DNA of 64,000 bases from NCBI RefSeq assembly GCF_009834535.1, contig NC_045696.1:109370001-109434000 (forward strand), read 5' to 3'. The notes beneath the pieces are model-generated. The model worked only from the letters and a program-made list of their open reading frames with translations. It was not told the origin of the DNA and did not search any database. Origin of the DNA: Camelus ferus (Eukaryota). This document shows, one piece after another, positions 38,732-51,266 of the stretch. The translations under genes and the position numbers were made by a program. How positions within the stretch are numbered: the first letter of the stretch is position 1; the number at the start of each line of letters is the position of its first letter.

Positions 38732-40527
38732 GGGGACTTCCAGTTTCCGGCTCTGCATGTAAGAAGCTTAGAAGTTGCCACTCCATAGCAACCAGGAACA
38801 GACTGACAAATCAGCATCTTTCCTTGGATCCCTGAGAGGTGAGAGCATGGGGCAAACCACTGCCCCCAAGGTTGGGGAGACACACTGGCACACCTGGGGA
38901 GCCTCATGAGCAGGAGTCAGCGCTGGGGTAGGGAAACACGAACTCTGATTCACAAGCTTCACTGTGGACAAGTGTGACAGGTGAAAAGTCTGGGGGACCC
39001 GGTCATGGGACTACCCCACACTTTTGTGTGTTTTACCTCCAGGAGCATGGCCAGGTTCTCACAGTAAATATCAGAGGAAAATCCCTTCGTGCCTCCAGCA
39101 GGGAGAGGGAGAAAAGAAACCATTCTGAAATACATCAGAGTACTCTGTTTTTATCAAGGCCCTCCTACTGGTGTTACTAGTTAACTGGAGCCGAACCTAC
39201 TGGGGTATTTTCAGAGCCTAATTGACCTGGGGAAAAGGAAATGCCCACCTCCAGGCGGCTCCAGCCTTCCACGTGGGAGAAGGAGAATCCCCGATCTGCC
39301 CCCCTTCCTTCTAGCTACTCTGTCCCACCTAGTAGGGGAGAAAAAAATACCCAAGAAACACTTGTGAAATTCACAATGCAGAGCTACAGGCTCGATAAAA
39401 GACTGAGACTTACTTATAGAAACCCTTCCCCTCCCCCCCACCTCATTACCACATTACTAAATGCCTATTTACCAGTACGTCATATCCAGCCATCAAGGGA
39501 AAATTTACAAGTATACTAAAGGGCAAAAACAATTTGAAAAGACAGCAAACATCAGAACCAGATGTGGGAGGGATATTGCAATTATCAGACCACAAATTAA
39601 AACAGCTGCAATTAATATGCTCAGGGCACTAATGGATAGAGTAGTCAGTGTGTGAGAACGCATGAACAGTGCAAGCAGAGGGAGAAATGCTAGAGATCAG
39701 GAACACTGACAGGAAATGAAGAATTCCTCTGATGGGCTTACTAGTGGGCTGGACACAATGGAAGAAGAAGCTCTGAGCTAGAGGATCTCTCTATAGAAAC
39801 TTCCAAAGCTGAAAAGCAAAGAGAACAAAGATTGAAAAACAAAACAATCAAAAAAGAACAGAATAGTTAAGGTCTATGAGACAAAACAAAAGGTGTTGTT
39901 TATGTGTAATGGGAGGACCAGAGGAGAAGAAAGAGAGAAAGGAACAGAAGAAATACTTGGAGCAATAATTACTGAAAATTTCCCCAAGTTAGTGTCAGAT
40001 ACCAAACCACAGACCTAGGAAGGAGCCCAGAGAACATCAAGCCAGATAAATGCCAAAAAAGAAAGGAAGAAGGGAGGGAGGCAGGCGGGCAGGCGGGCAG
40101 GCGGGCAGGCGGGCGGGTGGGTGGGCAGATCTAGGCATATCATTTTCAAACTGCAGAGAATCAAAGATAAAAGAATTCCGAAGGAAGCCAGAGGGGAAAA
40201 AATAAGGAGGAACAAAGATAAGAATTAGCATCCGACTTCACCTCAGAGAAAACATGCAGACAAGAAGATAGTGGAGTGAAATTACAGTGTTAAGAGAAAA
40301 AAAATCTCACCAACCAAGAATTCCTTACCTTGCAAAATTTTCCTTCAAGCATGATAAAGAAATAAAGACCTTCTCTGACCAACAAAAATTCAGGGAATTT
40401 GTTGCTGGTAGACATTCCTTGCAAGAAATGTTCAAGAAAATTCTTTAGAGAAGGAAAATAATAGAAGTCAGGAACTCAGATCTACACAAAGCAAGAACAT
40501 TGAAAAAGGAATGAATGGATGTCAAAT
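38732..40527 (+). mobile_element. L1 5'UTR + ORF1-only insertion with 14-bp TSD
   Basis: Starts GGGGACTTCCAGTTTCCGGCTC; degenerate ORF1 ending ccaagaattccttaccttgcaaaattttccttc...gaaataaagaccttctctgac...ttgcaagaaatgtt; TSD AAAACAAACTTGGT/AAAATGAACTTGGT. Confidence 0.78.
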
Positions 40528-41589
40528 AAAATGAACTTGGTAGGCTTACTCTAAAATTTATCTGGAAGAAAAAAAATGTGCAGGAATAGCCAAGAACATT
40601 TTGAAAAAAAGAAAAAAAAATGACAAGGATGGCAGTAGCAGTAGTGATGACTTACTAAGAATTCAAACAATATATCACTGGAACAGAATAGAGAGGCCAG
40701 AAATAGGCACATTTACATGTGAAAATGGGCGAATGATTAAATGAGATTTTATTAAGGTGACAAAACTATTTAAATATCGGTGTTGAAAAAAATATCTATT
40801 TGGGGAAAAAATTAGAAAGCTTTATCTTACAACCTTCTCAAAAATTAGTATTAAACATCCTTTTGCTAAAATTTAAATATGTGTTACATGTGTAATAGAC
40901 AAAAATAATTTTCAGACTATATAAAACACTGCAGACCAATAAGTAAAGGACAAACAACTTGATACGAAAATAACTAGACAAGGCATATGAGCAAAATTTG
41001 CAGAAGAGAACATGCAAATGTGCAACAAACACAAGAAAGAGGTCACCCTGTCTGAAGCCAGGGAGATGCAGTGAAATGCAGCAAGGGGGTCTTTTCTTTT
41101 TAACAACATTTATCAAGAATTAATCTCACTTTAATGTCAAGTGTTGATGAGGGAAACTGTTACCCTCACAAATGGTTGGTAAGCCTGAAACTTAGTACAG
41201 CATTACTTATAACTGTAACAAAAATAGATGCCAGCTTATCAGTAAGAAGCAGGTAAAGTGTGGATACTGTGTAGTAATAAAGTGAATATGGAGAAACTGA
41301 CCAGGGAGAACTTCCTGTTTGCTAAACACAAAAAACTCAGTTGCAAAGCACTATGTACAATATGATGAACTCTATGAAAAAAATACATAAACTACAAGCA
41401 AGACTCTTTGTAATAGCTGTAGAGAAAGGCTTGGAGGGTCTTGGGTGCCAAGCACCCAAGCAGCGAGGAGGGTAGCAACAGTTACTGGGTGTTGCTTTGT
41501 GCTATGAGATGTGACAGATTCTTTGCATGTACTGGCTCTAATTTTCCCAGCAATGATGAGGGGATAAAACTCTCGAGGCTCTGACATCT

Positions 41590-42880
41590 AAAGATTAGTA
41601 TCTTCCTTCAGTTCAAGGACATTTTCTGAAACGTACTTATATTTGGATCACTGTAGTTATGTATTTGATTGTGTGCTCCTCCTAAGTCTCTGTCTCCCTT
41701 TTCTGTAACTTTTCCCCCATTGATTCTCTATGTCTTTTAATTTTTTTTCTCACTTCTCAGCTCTTTGTCTTTTTGTTCTCTGTTTTAGGTCTCAGTGGTC
41801 CTCAAACTTGAGGTGCCTCCTAATCTCCTGGAGGGCTTCCAAAAACATAGATTGCTGGGCTCCACCCCCAGTTTCTAATTTAGTAAGTCTAGACTGGAAC
41901 ACAGAAAATCTCGTGTTAAAAGCTTTCCCAGCGATGTTGTTGTTGCTGGTGGGGTATCACATTTTCAGAACTTTTGTTCTCGGGTATTTCTTTCAATTCT
42001 TGGCATTTTTTTCAGTTTGACAATTACATTTCTAATTTTCAAGAACATGTTATTGTTTTCTATTTTCTTTTTTTCAATGACTTTTTTCCCCTCTGTCTAT
42101 GGAAGAAAAACCTCCTAGGATCTCACTGAGGACACTAAGTAGATTTTTTTTAAGTAATTTACCATTTCCCACTCTATCTCTGTTTCTCCTGGATTCATAG
42201 TTCTGTTTGTTTGCATATTTTGGTTCTTCTTTGTGGGCTGTTGGTGTTACTCAACGACCTGGAGACCCTTAGCTATCCATTTATATCTGTGGATGAGAGG
42301 TTTGTGTTTTAATATAGGTGCTTCGTATTGGTCTTCTCTACCATCATGTGGATCTATTTCTTCAACAGAGCTCTTCTCCCAGTGGGAGCCTTGGGCATGT
42401 AGACTGGCAGGATTCCATTTAGGGGCCATGGCCAGGACCACCCCCCCAGGCCCCCCAACTATAGGGACATCTTTTCTTGGAATGGCAACATTGACTCAGG
42501 AGCCCCAGTATCCCCCAGAGATCCTGTCTCGTTTCTTTTACAGAGCACCCTCTGGTGCGGCCTGGGGTGGATACCATCTTGGCTTCTTGTTCTGCCTACT
42601 CAAGACAAGGCAAGTATAGGGTGGATGTGCTCTTAGACACAACTCTTTACAGGTAGATCTAGGACTCGCCCTGATTTCTCCTCCCTGTTGTCTCCTCTGT
42701 GCCTGTACCTTCTGACCACAGAGTCTTCCCAGGCCCCCTATGAGCACCTCCTAGGCATCTACCTCTGTGGCTGCCTCCTCTGTTCTGATGTGCCCATCAA
42801 ATGGTTCCATCCAATTGTCTTCAAACTCTGCTGGTGGCCCCCTCTCCCATTCTTAGTGCTATAATGTTTATTTCCTTTTG
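41590..42880 (-). mobile_element. HAL1-like fragment
   Basis: atctcactgaggacactaa...tctctgtttctcctgg...ctggagacccttagctatccattt resembles HAL1 as recalled. Confidence 0.5.
41793..41976. mobile_element. MER5A (hAT-Charlie) nested in the HAL1-like fragment
   Basis: cagtggtcctcaaactt...agattgctgggctccacccccagtttct...cacattttcagaac. Confidence 0.8.
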
Positions 42881-43948
42881 CCGTTGTGTTTACTAGTGTA
42901 ATCAATGTTTATGGGACGCTTCCTGTCCTATTCAGTTTGAGTGAATCACCGATGGGATAGATGATCAGATTCCACCAAGTCTGAGATGGACCACCACATG
43001 CAGAATTTACAAAGAAAATGTCCAAGGGATGTTCCATTTCAAGAATATGAGTGAAGAGCAAGGAAGAAGAAATTGGGAGAATTTCTTCGGAGACAGCCTT
43101 ATTTTAAATCCCCATCTGCCTGCCTACAGGCCATTCCTAGAAGGACTGGGACACAGTCATCAAGAGGGAGAGTGAGGAGCAGGGAGAGAAAGAGGCTGCC
43201 CCGCCTCCTAGCCCTGCCCCCTCCTCTTTCCTCCTGTTGCTCGGGTAGGAGACTAGGAAGAGCCGACCCCACCCCGTTTGCCCTCTGCACTCCAGATGGA
43301 AGCCTGTGGGTCTGGGTAGCTGCTTTGTCTCAGGTCCTCCCTCCCTGCCTCTTCCCTCTTCCCGCTTTCATTCCTCACCTCTCCCCTCTCTCATTTATTG
43401 CTAATAAGTACCAACCTCACATTATTAACTTTTCATCAACATTTATCAGAGTCTGTTACCCTCCTCCCTTCCTCTTTGTTTATTCAACAAACACCACTGC
43501 AGAATGTGGTGGTGGATCTCAGAGGGTGGTAAGTACACACAAGCACAAACAGTAGGATCAAACTCCAAGAGCGGAGAGCGGGAGGGAGGGGCCCCAGGTT
43601 CAGCAAGGGGTGTCAGGAAGGCTTCCCAGAAGCTAAGTTTTGAGGAAGAGTAGAGTTGGCCAGGAGAAGGGGATGTGGGAGGAGTCTTCCTGGCCAGAGA
43701 GAGCACTGGAGTCCCCTTACTTTACATCTCAACCCTAGGCGGCAAGCAGCGCAGTGTAAAATACCTCTATTTTACAGGTCAGGAAACCAGGGCTCAGAAA
43801 ATCCATTCCACAAGCACTGCCAGCCCACCACTGTTTGCCAGGCACTGCGGAAGAAGCTGACAGTGGAGAGAGGATTTGATTATTATACTGGATTATTATA
43901 TTATTATTATATCATATTAATTATAGGATTCTTTAGACTAGAAGTTTT

Positions 43949-44304
43949 AAAAAGTTTTTTTTTCTTAATTTAAATCTAGTTGATTTACAATGTTGTGTTA
44001 ATTTCTGGTATACAGCTTAGTGATTCAGTTATACATAAATATATTCCTTTGCATATTCTTTTTCATTATAGGCTATTATAAGGTATTGAATATAGTTCCC
44101 TGTGCTCTACAGTAGGACCTTGCTGTTTATCTATTTTATATATAGTAGTGTATATCTGCAAATCCCAAACTCCCAATTTATCCCTCCACTACCCACCCCT
44201 ACCTTACCCCACTGGTAACCACAAGTTTGTTTTCTATGTTTGTGAGTCTGTTTCTGTTCTGTAAATAAGTTCATTTGTCTCAGTTTTTTAGATTCCACAT
44301 GTAA
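43949..44304 (-). mobile_element. Short 5'-truncated cetartiodactyl-type L1 3' end
   Basis: tagttgatttacaatgttgtgtta...attgaatatagttccctgtgct; TSD TAGACTAGAAGTTTT (43934-43948)/TAGACTAAAAGTTTT (44305-44319). Confidence 0.88.
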
Positions 44305-44963
44305 TAGACTAAAAGTTTTTATTATTTAGAAGTGATCAGAAAGCCATGGGACCTGTGGGAGATTTTACTAGGGGCAGGAATAAAGCTTTCTGCTTATTCT
44401 CTCTGCAGTCCCACTTGTTCAAAGTAAGGGGTAAATTCATTACAGCAGTTAATAAATATCACTGAAGAGTATGCAATGCTCTGAGGACAGAAAACTGAAG
44501 CGACCCCACCCATGTCAGTGCCCGAATGTCTGGGGGTCAGTCTTCCTGGGGAGGCATAGCTAGGCCTCAAGGGAGGCTGCTGATCTCCATCTGTGCCCAC
44601 CTTCCTGGGACCCCCAGCCCTCCCCAGAGCTGGCGCGGGCTCGCTGTCCTGGGCCTGCCGAGCAACCTGGCAAGCTCAGTTCCTGGCGATGACAATGCGT
44701 CACATCTGCCAGCCACCAAGCCCTGGGAGTGAACCCCTGCTGCTGGCCCTGTGTGGCCCAGCTAGGTTCGTGGGAGCCGTGGGAGGAGGCTGGTTTCAGT
44801 TAGCATGAAGGCATGCTTGTGCAGAGGGCTGAGGGCTTTGTAGGGCAGGGCCCAGGCAGAGCCTAAACTCTGCAGGCTTCTGCCCAGACCCTCCCAGACC
44901 TGGGAGATCTGTGACTTATGGGGGGCACAGAGAAGAGACACCAAGTGTTCTTGTTTCTTCCCC

Positions 44964-45563
44964 ATGTTGCCAAAAGATCAGCCCCTGTCCCTGATGAGCC
45001 AAATTGAAACTCAGAGGCAGGGTCTTGGAGCTTAGAAGAAAAGAGACAACTTATTACTTTGCTGGGCAAAGGGCGCTCACGGCAGGCTGGTGCCTTCAAA
45101 ACTGTGAGCCCCCCTTGGGGATGAGGCAGGGTGATTACATAGCCATAGCTCAGACAAAAATATCATTGATAACAATCAACAGAATCATTTTCTTGTCAGA
45201 AGACTTAGAGTGGCGTCGTGATGTCTCCAGGAGACTAACTCTATAGAGGCCAGCGGTTGTCACTGTTTTGATCGCTTTATCTTGTAAGTGCCCAAGGCGT
45301 GGTCTTCTTGGTATTTAGCCTATTTTGTAAGGTTGCATTTCCATGACCTTATGCCTGGAGAAAAACTCAGAAATGATGCATAATTATTGCTTTTGATTAC
45401 TGGAATAAAGCAGAAACAGTAAAAATTAATAGCTTTATTTTAACAACGGGCCTAGAGCTGGGAGTAGCAGTGGGTCAGTCAGATCAGCTGACCATTTTAA
45501 GGGCAAGCATAAGAATAAGCAAACTGTTAGCCTAAATGCAGCCATTTGGTTAATCCTCCTTCA
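44964..45563 (-). mobile_element. ERV1-type solo LTR, 600 bp
   Basis: Minus strand reads TGAAGGAGGATTAACC...TTTTGGCAACA; 4-bp TSD CCCA (44960-44963, 45564-45567); TATA-like TATGTAA and polyA-like GCAAAGTAATAAG in U3-R order. Confidence 0.8.
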
Positions 45564-46114
45564 CCCAGGCAAGTGCGTTATGACCCCTGCTCGAGGAGTC
45601 CCTTTCCCTCTCCAGATCTTTCTGCGAGCTTCCAGGCCAAAAGAGTTGTGTTTCTGGCTGTGGAAAATTGCAGACTGGAAGGCCATGGACCAGGAAGTAG
45701 GAGGATGCCCTAGGAAACAGGTGCCGATGTGAGCAGTGATGGGGCCTGAAGTGAGACAGCGTCAGAGGGAAGGCATGAGGAGGGAGCATCTTCAGGACGT
45801 GGGTTTGATCGGATGAAGGAGGAGAGAGGGCAAGTGCTGGAAGACCTGTCTTGCTCATCCACTCCTGGCCAGAGGGTTTTCATAGCAATCCTCAGAACAC
45901 TGTACCTAGTCACTCTCATGTTCTCCCAAGACCCTATCAGAATAAGTAACTTTGCAGTGTAGAACTTGTCCCTTTACCTGGAATAAAACTTCCCGTCCTG
46001 TGCTTGGCTCCCTGGCTCCTGCAGGGTGGTATAGATCTAACTGGGCTTCTTTGTCCCAGCTGTTGTGGCCTCGACGGGCCCAGCTGCATTCTTTCCATGA
46101 GGGAGCAAAGACTT

Positions 46115-46365
46115 TTCCATCACTATCAGTGCTACTACTACCATCACCATCACCACCAGCCGCTCATCCTCTCCAGCCTCTGCTCCCGTAACCTGCTCCT
46201 CCCCCACCTTCTTTGTCATCATCAAGTCGGCACCTCCATTATCACTGTTAACCATCACCATTATCAGTTCTACCCCCACGAACCATCCACCCCCCATCAC
46301 CCTGCCATCCTAAGGGCCATTCATACCGTCATAACGCCACCCCCCTCACCATCATCACTACCATT
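46115..46365 (+). repeat. Degenerate (CAC/CAT)n low-complexity region
   Basis: ccatcaccatcaccacc and similar; explains the His-rich spurious ORF 46004-46564. Confidence 0.75.
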
Positions 46366-48688
46366 CGTTGAGGGCTCACTACATCCTACGCTGTGGGAAG
46401 TCCTTTCTGACCAGTGCCTCAGTTGGCTTTTCTCTGCTCTCTTGGCAATTCTAGAATTCTCTGCCTCCTATTGGTCTAGATCCCTGCCAGGAAGTCCACA
46501 TTTGACCCTTGCCTCCAAAAGTAGGAAAACTCCATCAGAGTGTTTATGCCCCCCCCACCTTTAGGAAAAATGTTCCAAATACATGCCAATTTGCTTTTTT
46601 GATTGGATTAAAATGCAAACCAACTGCTTCCACTGGCTTCTTTACAAATTGCCTCCGCCTATCTGGAGGAACATAGCCAACCCTTATCTTACTATATTTC
46701 AATTAGAAACAATCATTAAGTTATCCCACATTTTGAGGAAGCGTCTTGCCCAGAGAATAAATTGGTTGTAATCAGTTAATAAAAGACTACCTTGTCCTAC
46801 TTGCCTCCCCCTGGGAAGAGCTCATTCAGTGCCTGGGGTGAAGACTGAAGAAACCTTCTCTGGTGCCCATGTCAGGGGAACATCCACTCTCCTGACGGAG
46901 CTGAATCGAGGGCCCTGGGAGGAATTCAGGGAGGGAATTTCAGGCCCTCCACCTTAGCCTTCAGATGTTTCCAGGAACTGGGCCAATTCCTTGAAGTGCT
47001 GTTTACATTTGAATTTGCATTCACATGGGGTAATGTGGTTCTGCAGTTGGGTAAATGTGCTGCAAGCCAGCGAGTGACACTGGCATGGACTTGACATTTC
47101 CCATTGTAGGTTATCACTGTTCAGTACGTCTTCTCTTCTGCAACTTGATCTTTTCATATTCTGCTACACGTTCTTTTCATCTCACTGGTCTTGTGAGATT
47201 TTCACATTTCGACCAGTCAGGTGGGGGTATAGTGGTGTCTCATTGCGGTGATCACTAGTGAGGGTGAACAGTTTCCTGTCTCTTTATTGGTCATTTTTAA
47301 ATACTTACTCAACTCTCTTCCACTCATTTTTCTATTATTTGTCTTTTTTATGAACCATAGGAATCCTTTATATATCAGATATATAGCTCTTTGTCAGTTA
47401 CATACAGTACAAACACTCTCCTGCTCTGTGCTTGCCTCTTCACTGCCTTGATGACTTTTCATAACCAAATTCTTTTCCCTAATGTAGTCAGATTTATCAG
47501 TCTTTGCCTTTGTGGTCGTGGTTTTTGTGCCATATTCTAAAATAAAACATCCTACATTTAGAAGATATCCCTCTATATGATCTTCTAAAACCTTCACTGT
47601 TTTGCATTTTACATTTAGGTCCATAGTCCACCTGGAATTGACTTTTGTGTGTGGTTTGATACAGGAGTTAAGTTTCGTTTGTGTTTCATATGGGTGTTGT
47701 ATAGTTCTAGAATAGTTTGTCACAAGGCCACTCTTTCTCCATTGTTCTGTGGTGCTACTGTTGTCTTGAAACTGGCCTCCTGATGTGTGTCTCTGGGCTC
47801 TGTGTTCACAGTGTCTATACTATAATTACTTTGTAGCGTCTTAATATCTGATAGGGCAAGCTTTTCCACCTCATTTTTCTTTAAGACATCTTGACTTTAT
47901 TTTTTTTTCACTCTTTATAATATTTTTGAGATTTATTTATATTGTTTACACCTTTTCATTGCTCAGTGGTATTCTACTTTCTGACTACATCACAGTATGT
48001 TTATCCATTCTTCTGAGATGTTTTCAACTTTTTTTTAGATTATACTTCTCTGTTCATTGTGTCTGAGGTACTGTTCATTGTGTCTGAGAACAGATTAGAG
48101 CTTTAGCTTTTTAAACTTACATAGTTATCAAAGGAATAAAGCCAACCACAAAATAAGAATCAATAAAATGTGGTGATTCAATCATAAAGAACAGTCAAAT
48201 GTGGTTACACATATTCAAGAAATCAGTCATCTAAGTTATAAATAATAAGTAGTTCATTTGTGTCTTCTTTTTTTTTTTTTTTAGATTCCACATATGAGCA
48301 ATATCATATGGCATTTTTCTTTCTCTTTCTGGCTTACTTCACTTAGAATGGCGATCTCCAGGCCCGTCCACATTGCTGCAGATGGCATTATTGCATTCTT
48401 TTTTATGGCTGAGTAATATTCCATTGCATGTATATACCACATCTTCTTTATCCAGTCATCTGTTGATGGGCATTTGGGTTGTTTCCATGTGTTGGCTATT
48501 GTATATAGTGCTGCTGTGAACATTGGGGTGCATGTGTCTTTTTGAATTATATTTTTCTAAGAGATTTTGACTTTAGCCTTTTATATTTCTGTATATATTT
48601 TAAAATTAGCTTGTTGTTTCTTTCTCTCTTCTTTTTGTATTCCCATGACACATATATTACACTCTGTAATTGTTCCACAATTCTTGGA

Positions 48689-48901
48689 TCTTTCTCTCTT
48701 TCTTTCTTTCTTTCCTTCCTTCCTTCCTTCTTCCTTTTTTTCTTTCTTTTTCTTTCTTTCCTTCCTTCCTCCCTCCCTCCCTCCTTTCCTTCCTTCCTTC
48801 CTCCTTCCTTTCTTTCTTTTTTCTTTCTTTCTCTCCTTCTCTCCTTCTTTCTTTCCTTCCTTCCTCCCTCCCTCCTTTCCTTCCTCCCTCCTTTCCTTTC
48901 T

Positions 48902-48960
<59 letters not shown>

Positions 48961-49115
48961 CTCTTTCTTTCTTTCTCTCTTCTTCTTTCTCTCTTTCTCT
49001 CTTTCTCTCTTTCTCTCTTTCTTTCTTTCCTTCCTTCCTTCCTTCTTCCTTTCCTTCTTTTCTCCATTCCTTCCTTCCTTCCTTCTTTCCTTCCTTCCTT
49101 CCTTCCTTTCTTTCT
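48689..49115 (+). repeat. 427-nt polypyrimidine tract (TTTC/TTCC/CCCT)n
   Basis: Only one purine (A49066); pure (TTTC)n core about 48900-48960. Confidence 0.97.
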
Positions 49116-51066
49116 GTTTAGGAAGTTTCTATTCGCTTCTTTTCCAGCTCACTGATTCTTTCCTCAGTCATGTCCAACCTACTGATGAACCCATCAAAGG
49201 CATTTTTCATTTCTCTTAAGAGTGTTTTTCATTTCTAGCATTTCTTTTTGATCCTGTCCTAGAGTTTCCATCTCTCTACTTACACTACCCATTTGTGTCC
49301 ATGTGTTGTCCATTTTTCCATTAAAGCCCCCAGCATATTAATCGTAGTTATTTCAAATTCCCAGTCTGATAATTCTAAAATCTCTTCCATATTGGAGTCT
49401 GGTTCTGATACTATCCTTGTCTCTTCGGACTGTCTTTTGCCTTTAGCATGACTTGGAATTTTTTGTTGAAAGCTAAACATGATATATTGTGTCAAAGAAA
49501 ACCAATAGGGCATTAGTGTGAGGTTTTATGTTTATCTGGCTAGGAACAAGTCTGTGTTTACTGCTTGCTGTAGCTGTGGTGTCAGAAGCTAAAATTTCTT
49601 CTAGTGTTCATGTTTTTGTCTGCGTTGTTGTCATTGGGTTTCCCTAGAGATTCTTCTCAAATAGGATCTGAGCAATCTTTTAACTGTAATCCCCTGTTGT
49701 AATACAGGCGTTCTGTTGATGTGGTGGTGAGGTATGGGGGAGGGGACTCACTCTATGGCACTATGATTGGAAATCAGTATTTTAGTACACCTGTGTCCCT
49801 TGGCATCACAAGTGCTTCTCAGCTCCCTTACCCCTTAAGTGAGACAGAAAGGCTAGAGGGGATCGGAGTCGAGTATTTCCCTTTCCTCGGGTTGGTTAGG
49901 CTTAGGCAAAGCTCAAGTCAGTCAGGATGTGGTAAAATAGTTTCTCTTGAGGGGAGGCCATGTTAAGGAGAACAGGGAGCTCTGAGTGTACTCTTTACAT
50001 GTTACTTTTTCCCTCCCCACCAGAAGCACAAAGGGACCCTTCTACAATCATTATGAGAGCCCATTATGTGGGCTCCTGGAAGTAAAACTCATGAAAGTAT
50101 TGGGAATCTTAAAGACTGCCCCTTCCAGAGTTTTTAGCTCTCAAGCTTCCAGCAATTCATCAATTATAGTTTGTGTTTCTATCAGTACTGGCTCTAGCTG
50201 CAGGCTTCTGCTCCTGGGATTCTCCTGGTAAGATGTGGTTCTCTGTATCTATCTGTTTCTCTAGTTTTCAGGGCAGTAGTTTGTTCTATGACTTCCGTTC
50301 TCTATGGATCTAACACGAGTTGTTGACTTTGAGGGTAATGACTTCTAAACCCTCTACATAATATCCAAAAGTGAAAATAACCCAGATGTCCATCCAGTGA
50401 TGACTGGATAAACAAAATGTGTATATCCATACAACAAAATATTATTCTGCTATGAAAAGGAATGCAATACTGATACATGCTACAACATGGATAAACCTTG
50501 AAAACATTGTGCTAAGTGACAGAAGCTAGTCAGAGAAGACCACATGTTGTATGATTTCATTTATATAAAATGTCCAGAATAAGCAAATATGTAGAGACTA
50601 TAAACATTAGGGTTTATTTCTGGACTCTCAATTCTATTCCATGGATCCATATGCCTGTTTTTATGCCAACACCACACTGTCTTGATTATTGTTCTTTGTA
50701 GTAAGTTTTAAAATCAAAAGTGAGTCCTCCAGCTTTGTTTTTCTTTTTCAAGATTATTTTGGAGATTCTGGGTCCCTTGTATATCCACATGAATTTTAGG
50801 ATCAGCTTGTCATTTCTGAAAAAAAAAGCTACATTTTTTTATTAGGATTACATTGAATTTGTTGGTCAATTTGGGAAATATTGCCATCTGAACAACATTA
50901 AGTCTTCGAATCCATGAACATGAGATGATTTTCCATTTATTGAAAGCTTCTTTAATTTCTTTCAACAATGTTTTGTGGATTTCTGTGTACAATTCTTGCA
51001 CTTATTTTGTTAAATTTATTCCTAAATATTTTAATCTTTCTGATGGTATTGTAAATTGAATTGTTT

Positions 51067-51266
51067 ACTTTAAAAATTTTTTTTTATTGAGTTATAGTCA
51101 TTTTACAATGTTGTGTCAAATTCCAGTGTATAGCACAATTTTTCAGTTATACATCAACATACATACATTCATTGTCACATTCTCTTTCACTGTGAGCCAC
51201 CACAAGATCCTGTATATATTTCCCTGTGCTACACAGTGCAATCTTGCTTATCTATTCTACATTTTG
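51067..51266 (-). mobile_element. Young, very short L1 3' tail nested in older L1
   Basis: ttttattgagttatagtcattttacaatgttgtgtcaaattccagtgt...; TSD AATTGAATTGTTT (51054-51066)/AATTGAATCGTTT (51267-51279). Confidence 0.8.

Larger units (their letters stand above)
38150..41400 (+). mobile_element. Ancient L1 (L1ME-like) ORF2/3' remnant, host of the 38732-40527 insertion
   Basis: ctgaataaatggagatg...gttcctggata; resumes gaacttggtaggcttactctaaaatttatctggaag...gaatagccaag after the insertion. Confidence 0.7.

Noticed and set aside
42543..42560. CTCF-like motif on the minus strand (GCACCAGAGGGTGCTC)
   Set aside because: Two mismatches at key core positions and probably inside an old repeat; too weak without ChIP data.
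46004..46564. 186-aa His-rich ORF
   Set aside because: Arises from degenerate CAC/CAT low complexity; non-ATG start, no domain.
48050..48088. 18-bp direct repeat CTGTTCATTGTGTCTGAG x2 (also small duplications near 14122-14165 and 13670-13700)
   Set aside because: Ordinary local tandem duplications; two units only, no array or CRISPR-like structure.
48542..49219. Longest ORFs in the track (225, 184, 161 and 136 aa; F/L/S/P- or K/E/R-rich)
   Set aside because: Translation of the stop-free polypyrimidine/polypurine microsatellite; no coding signal.
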